From NCBI GenBank assembly GCA_951406725.2, contig OX597817.1, positions 100,068,001 to 100,132,000 of the forward strand: a stretch of DNA of 64,000 nucleotides, written 5' to 3'. The notes under the pieces were generated by a model. It was not told the DNA's origin and made no database searches. It saw nothing but the letters and a program-made list of their open reading frames with translations. Shown one piece after another: positions 56,825 through 64,000 of the stretch. A program made the translations under genes and the position numbers. How positions within the stretch are numbered: the stretch's first letter is position 1; each line of letters opens with the position of its first letter. Origin of the DNA: Octopus vulgaris. Taxonomy: Eukaryota.

Positions 56825-57674
56825 TAGCCAGTCATAACAAACCTTAAACCTCCATTAAGGAAACGAAAACCTGCATATGTACATGTATGTATGTTTAAGT
56901 TTTGTGTTGAAGTTTTAGTTTTCGACAGGCCACCTACTTGCATCATGGCAAAATTGTCAAAAATGTATTTCAAGAGAAAGGAACTGGCAAAAGTTGAATA
57001 TGTTACTGTCAGTGCAGAAATGGATCTAGGCCTCCTTGGCCTCCCATAGCTTCATGCAGGTCATTGATTGTACTTGATCTGTTCCTGCTGGCCCTGGTGT
57101 GGCTACTGGAGGAAAAAGAGGAACTTGAGTAGACAACCAAACCAATTTTGGATTTTCTGTAGCAGTGACCATATCAAATACTGTCGTCAAGTCGATGAAA
57201 GCAGTGTAAAGGGCCAGATTTTACTTTCTGTTATTCTCCTGTATTTGGTAGATGCAATTGAAAACAGTGTGATGTCTCTGGTTTCAGCACTGACTTCTCT
57301 CCTTTGTTCATATACAGAGACATTATTATAGTATTGTGTAGGCCTCTTGGTGATTTCCCCTTCCCACAGCACAATGTGAAGAGGTCAGTGGTTTTCTGAA
57401 GCATGACTAGACATTCTTCATAAGACAAGAATGAACATTCAAAATTCTGCAGAGAGATCCCTGTCTAACCATAATGACTATTTGAACATCAAAGCCGAAT
57501 GAATGTTTTTCAAAGATGTTCGTGTAAACTTAGTAACAATTTATCCACACACACACATTTTATCTTGATATTTTAACTATTAATATTTATATATCTTTCA
57601 ACAATGTGTATCATTGAAAGAAATAGTAATACTTCCTTCTCACTTTTGCCATCAGAAATTTTATGAATAAATAA

Positions 57675-59331
57675 CACTGGGTAACATTTTCTAAAAAATT
57701 ATTAGTTGTCTTGCTTTTTACAATTAATCCAACATAATTTGATGGTGCTTGGTTTCAGAAATGCCCTCAAAAAGTTTTTATCGTTTCAAGTTTTTTGTTA
57801 AACAGGAATTCATTTTCTTTTACCAAAAATGTCAATGTTGTCATTAAATGCAATACTAAAATAAAAAATTAACACAAACCAAATAGTACTTTTTATTGTT
57901 TAACAAATGTTTAAGTACACATCTTGGAATAGATATTTCTGTCAAACTGGAGTTTCAGCTACTCAAGGAATGAACATTTTCTTTGCTGCTGTATGTGAAA
58001 AAATTGCATCATGATAGTCTCTATGGTAACCTGCAGTAGATGGCATCACGGTGTTCCACTGGCCTTGATATCTAGTCTCCATATTCCTGATGTCTTGGTT
58101 GAAGCTTTCTCCTTGCCCATCACTTATTGCCTTATGATTTTCAAGGAAGTAGTGCACATTTACACTCATGTTGCAGTCCAGCGCTCAAAAACTGCTTAAA
58201 GTGATCTGCACAAGATCTTCATAATTTGATGACTTCCTGTTTCCCAGGAAATCAGATATAACTGCAGCAAAAGCATCAGATGATTCTTTTTTGATGCTAA
58301 ACATGGTCTCCAAAAATAGCTCGTCCTGAAATAGCCACCAATTATGTGGCCCATCAAACACACCAACCTTAATTTTCTTGCAAGACAAAACTGGAAACTT
58401 TCTGCTTAAGCATTTGAAGCAGCCATGGTTTCAGCGTTTCAACATGTCTTGCACTCTCTCTCGGGCACCCAGGCTTTGTCTTGTCACCCAGTTTCATGCT
58501 AAAGTAAGTAAGGAAATAAAGAAAGCTTTCTTCACAAAATCTGTGATTTTATTTCACTGCCTAATCCAGAAATAAGCAGAAGACATCGGGGCTGTTTTTA
58601 CATTCTCTTCTCTCACAACTGGCTATATTCCTGAAACACAAAACATATTCAAGCCAGTTGTCACCTGGGGAAAGCATTTTCAGAATAGTCAGCAGCTATA
58701 AAGTAAGTAAATGCAGATTTGTGATGACAAAGTTCTATAAAGAGCATACATACCATGAAGTTCTTTTTTACAATTCTTTGACCATGCTTGATGAAAAGTG
58801 ACCCTGACCTATATGACTGCACAATTAAAACAATAAGGGCACATTCAAAATACCAATTTTCATAAGAAATGGTTTAAAAGTTCAACAAAACATGTCTCAT
58901 CTAGTTTGCAATGATAGTCACACTAAATTAAGCAGAGCGTGCCTATAACTGCAGATAAATTCCGCAAATATGAGACATGTATGGTGTCAAGGACCACAAA
59001 ATATGTTGTTTCTTAATATCTAATTGTATAAAGTACATTTCTATCATCATAACATTTGAAACTGGTTAGGTAGAAAATCATTTACTGATGATACTTAAAT
59101 CATGACTTTTGTTTTCACCTTTGCAATTGTATTTACTTTAAATGGCATTGCAAAATTATATTTTCAAAGTTATGTCATGCTCCATACATGGGCTTGCATT
59201 TGATGAAGTCAAATCTATCCTTAGAAATGGTGACAATACTAGAAATGTTGAAAAATGGACATCTAAGTTTGTGGAAAATCTTAACATGATAGAGCAAAAT
59301 GGATTTCAATTTTGAAATCTGTTCCCCAGTG
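57675..59331 (-). mobile_element. Chapaev3 (CMC superfamily) DNA transposon remnant
   Basis: Termini CACTGGGTAACA / TGTTCCCCAGTG with a 3-bp TAA TSD on both sides. Remnant motifs KIKVGVFDGP and SDGQGESFNQDI..METRYQG resemble Chapaev3 transposases as recalled. Confidence 0.7.
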
Positions 59332-59598
59332 TAATTAATCTCTTAGAAACCAGAAATGAACAACACTATTTTACATTGCAATTTTTTATAAATTGCAATG
59401 TAAACTGTATTTATAATGTTTATATTCGTGTTTCATACTAAAGTCTACTATGAGGTAGAAAGTATGAAAAATAAATAGTTGGTATGCTAGTAACTTACAT
59501 ACTCTTGTATGTGTTATTTTGTGATCACATATTTGAATATAATGACTTATATTTTAATTTAATTAACATTATTTTAAATTCTTTTTCTATTTAAACAG

Positions 59599-59757
59599 AC
59601 CTTGTTTGTCCAGTGTTGGTACCCAATGACCGTTTCAACAGGCTCATATTTTCAGAAAATTCTATTAGCTGAATATTTAGAGAGCACTGCTGATGATTTT
59701 TCTAGCTTGCCATTCATGCTACATGATTTTGGTTTTCGAGGTGCCAGTTGTGTTGAG
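59599..59757 (+). CDS. NAMPT: NAMPT exon 4 (TLFVQCWYPMTVST...LHDFGFRGASCVE)
   Basis: Acceptor aaacag, donor GAG/gtcagt, 159 nt; WYP and HDFGxRG motifs. Translated by hand. Confidence 0.95.
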
Positions 59758-59956
59758 GTCAGTACATGTGTTATTTTGTAAATATCTACATAAAAGACAT
59801 ACAAATGTAAACATTTCGTTTGTAAATGTTACAGCACATATGTGCGTCATCAGATCTTTCATCTAAAATCTTTAACAATAAATTTTAATAATCATTTTTG
59901 ACACATTTTGTACAGGATCTTCATTAAATTATATTTGTTCCTTTTCTTTTTTTTAG

Positions 59957-60121
<165 letters not shown>

Positions 60122-62536
60122 TAATGTTCCTTATAGCTTTGGATTATTAGTTTTATGAGAATAGGCTATTTATAGACATTAATTTAATCCAAACTCTTAA
60201 GTAAAAAGATAGCAAAAGCAGTATCCTTCTTAATGTCAGAATAAACCATTAAAACATTTAAAAATAAATTTGCAAAACAAGTTAGTCCAAATCATAAACT
60301 CTCTAGATGCTGGGCAGTAGAAGTTTTTAAATTTCATCGTGTGTTTTCAAAATGAAGTCAATGGATAACACATGATAACATTCATCATTGTCATCAAAGA
60401 ATTAAGAAGGGTGGATTGATAGGTTTGTAAGAGTGTGAAAGGAAAGTGACAGGTGTAGAGGTGAATGGAACAAGGGTAGTGTGGTCATTGGTAAATATCA
60501 GTATGGAGGAAGGAAGGTGAAAGAAAAGAAGTAGCTCAGGAAGAATGAAGTGGTAAGTGTCAATACAGGAAAGGAATAGGGCAGTATTATGATAGATCAG
60601 AGAGAAAGAATTTACAGTGACAGAGATGGTTGTAAGGTACATAGAGGTGGTTATAGTGAGTTGGGGATGAAGGTGGGAGGAAGCATTGATAGCAAATATG
60701 ACAGTAATGAGAATGATAGCTAATAAGTGAGGGTGTAAAAGCTAAGGTAATGGCAGTCCTAAGAAGTATCTCATACCACTGAAAGGGATGATCAGTGTGA
60801 GGGGTTGCTATTGAACATGGGGATGGATTTTTAAAAAAGTGGTGGTGGTAGCACTAGTGTAGCTAGAGTGTGTGCTGCCCCTGGACCCCACAAAAATCAC
60901 ATATTGCCTACAGCAGACCCAAAAGTGCCATCTGGGGTGGACTGCCTCTACCCCCCCCCCACACACACACACACTAGTGGGTGTGTAGGGAGGTGACTGG
61001 TAACACAAAGTGAAATAAAATATGTGCATATGTTGTTCTCATATAATTATAGCAGCTGAATAATGCTGTAGATAGAAGAGTGGAGGTGTAGGTATTAGGA
61101 AGATGAGAGGTGGGGAAGGTTTGACAGGGACAGATTAAGTACAGGGGCAGAGTCCTGTGAATGTATAGATATAAACAATGCTTTTAGGACCTCACTTTCA
61201 TCAAGACATGGAATTTCTTGAGCACATGGAATTACCTGTCTGTCTTTTGTCATCTCCTCTGTGAGGCTCATCTTGAGATTAGCTTTCATTACTTTGTCCT
61301 GTTTTTCTAGATCTCTGTCTTTCACAAATTCCATTCACATTTAATTATCAGCACTCTTCCTTTCCTGTATTGACACTTACCACTTCATTCTTCCTGAGCT
61401 ACTTCTTTTCTTTCACCTTCCTTCCTCCATACTGATATTGTATTATGGCTGTTCTCATTTACACACATCACATGACCATAATGGCACAGTCTTCTCTCTT
61501 ACACATGACATTCAATTCCTTTTATACTCACCCAAGGGAGAATGTTAGCTTCATTCCTTTTTAGTCTTCTTTCACATGTACTCTACACCTCACTACCATG
61601 TAGCATTATTGTTTGTACCCAAGCATCTATCTTTCACTCTGAAAGTATGACCTTTCCTTATCAACAGAAGTAACAGCTCTGAACTTTCTCCATCCTGCTC
61701 ATATTGTAACAACTTCAGAACATTCCCCTCCATTGCTAATTAGGCCATGTAACCTATCTATTGCCTTCAAGAACCTCCTGGGCATTTAAGAATTTCTATT
61801 TCTCTTGTGTTTGTTGATCCTGCACACCTGGCACATACAAAGTCTTGATTTCTCCATTAACCATCCTGTAATTCTGCTGTTTCTCTTGTGTATTCATAGC
61901 TTGCATTGAAAACACTATGAAGTTTCTGTCTATACATTCCCCTTACATATTGAGCAGAGCTGTTTACCTGACAGGAATAGAATCCTATATGTTTTCTTGC
62001 CAACTAGAACCTTGGTCTTTGCTAAGTTAACTGAAAGGCTCTTTGATTCTAGGTTATGTTTCCATGCCTGAAATTTATTATGGCCCAACAATTTGATACC
62101 TCTGTAATTACCTCTCTCTAATGCATGTCTGTTATCCTAGTAACAATTAACAATAATGCTGCTAGGCCATATCCTATTCCACCAGATATTTTAAGCATTT
62201 CAGCTGTGATTCCTGAGGGACAAGGGACTTCTCCAGCCTTCATATTCTTAATTGCTTTATCATACTACTTGCCAACTAGGATAACTGGTCCATGTTAGGG
62301 AGACACTCTCCAATGCATTTTCTACATTTATTAGCCTTTCAAGGTAGTACTTCAATGCCTTTTTCTTTTCAGAATCAATAAGTTCAAGTGTACCATTATC
62401 CATCTGCACACACTTATCACCTAAAAAACATCTCAATTCTCTGTGAAACAGTGTTTACAAGCCCCATGCCACTGACCTTCATACTGTAGAACATTGGGAA
62501 ACCTTTGTCTTTTTACTTCTTCCCTTGCTAAATATA

Positions 62537-63796
62537 CAGGGGTTGGACAAAATAATGGAAACACCTTAAAATTTCAAACAAATTTATTTTAATATGGTGT
62601 AGGACCACCTTTGGTAGTAATTACAGCTTGAATTCTGAGGTATGAACTCATACAAAGTTTGAATTGTTTCCAAACGAATTTTTGTCCATTCTTCAGCTAA
62701 AACAGTCTCCAGTTCTTGTAGTGATGATGGTGGAGGATATTGATTCCTTACTTATTTTTCTAAAATGCACCATAAATGTTCAATAATATTGAGATCTGAG
62801 GACTGTGGTGGCCAGATAAGATGTTCAACTTCACTAGAATGTTCCTCATGCCATTCGTAACAACTTTAGCTGTGTGAATTGGTGCATTATCATCATGAAA
62901 GATTGCGTCTCTCCGAAAACAGTTCCGCAACCATAAGATGAATTTAATCAGATAAAATGCTTAAATAGCCTTCATTATTAATTCTGCCATGAAGGGAAAC
63001 CATTGGGCTAGCGGATTTCCAAGATATAGCCTCCCAGATCATCACAGATCCTCCTTCATGTTTAACAGTAGGAAAAAGGCAGTCTGGGTCAAAAGCTTCT
63101 TTTGGCTGTCTCCACATGTATACTCAGCTGGTGGTCAGAAATAAGGTAAAAGATGACTCGCCTGAGAAAATAATATTCTTCCACTTCTTTAGGGACCAAT
63201 TCTGTAGGTTTTTACTCAACTCTAAATGCTTTGCAACTACTTGTTTTTGAAAGTAGTGGCTTTCTGATTGCAGCCCTCCTGTGAAATCCAGCTTTGTGCA
63301 GCTCCTGGCAAACAGTTTTTGTGGAAACTGGGTTCCTGAGGTGGTCATTAAGCTCTGCAGTAATTTTGGGAGCTGTACTTTTGTGATCCTTTCTAACAAT
63401 TCGCGTAAAAGTCCAACAATCCCTATCTGAAAGTTTTGGTTTTCTTCCGGAGTTTTGTTTTGATGAGGACGTTTTTCCCTCTTTCTCAAAGGCTGTCATT
63501 ACTTTCGAGACAGTACTTCTTGATACACCAAACATTTCAGCTGTTTTCATTACACTAGCACCAACCATACGAGCACAAACAATTTGACCTCTTTGAAAGT
63601 CCAAGAGATCTGTCATTTTAATGAATTTTAATTACCTTTTTCTTGTTATACTGAAAACAAACAGCAATTTTAGCAAAACATATTAAGTAACACTAATAAT
63701 AAATCAAAAAACATAAAAATAAAGAAGCTTTTGATGGTTTTATAGATATTTCAAAATTATTATGCTAGGTGTTTCCATTATTTTGTCCAACCCCTA
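62537..63796 (-). mobile_element. Full-length Tc1-like element with a disrupted transposase
   Basis: 30-bp TIR (C/T)AGGGGTTGGACAAAATAATGGAAACACCT and TA TSD. HTH from ATG 63616 (GRKPKLS), DDNAPIH and WPPQSSDLNIIE motifs; stops and frameshifts. Confidence 0.92.
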
Positions 63797-64000
63797 TACC
63801 TATGTTGTGGAGTGAATTGACACCCCCATATGTAACTGTCAGTGGACTGGACAAGTCTTATAAATTGATGAGCCAGTAGACAGTTGAGGTCATACTGTGA
63901 GAATGTTAGTCTCATTATTGATTCTGCATTGGAATATTGAATTGTTATTATGTGAATGGTTATAAGATAACTAACTCTTGTTACATTGCTTATTGATATA

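Noticed and set aside
59810-59856. CTGATGA plus hairpin plus GAAA on the minus strand of NAMPT intron 4; isolated CTGATGA also at about 8467, 22581, 37066 and 59086
   Set aside because: Stem II does not close next to GAAA and stems I/III are missing, so these are chance matches.

Overview
AT-rich, repeat-dense animal genomic DNA, most likely a coleoid cephalopod (Octopus-type tRNA-SINEs, RTE LINE tails and kb-scale (TA)n/(CATA)n tracts; the taxon is inferred, not checked). Two host genes lie on the + strand. The first is the deubiquitinase YOD1/OTU1 (one coding exon, 2143-3078). The second is NAMPT, of which the first five coding exons are present (24922-60087, 25 kb first intron, gene continues past the window). 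The rest is transposon debris: Penelope-like elements (PLEs), non-autonomous Helitrons, hAT/Buster, Tc1/mariner, Chapaev3, MULE, piggyBac MITEs, RTE LINEs and SINEs. The most notable signal is seven minimal type-I hammerhead ribozyme motifs from six unrelated PLE-type sequences. Several have non-canonical cores (a compensatory G3-C8 swap, A3, C4), and two lie in sense orientation within host introns. Also notable are a perfect 83-bp inverted duplication just downstream of NAMPT exon 5 and codons at conserved positions that are one A-to-I edit away from the family consensus. Most ORFs in the supplied track are microsatellite artefacts. All calls were made by eye, without database searches.
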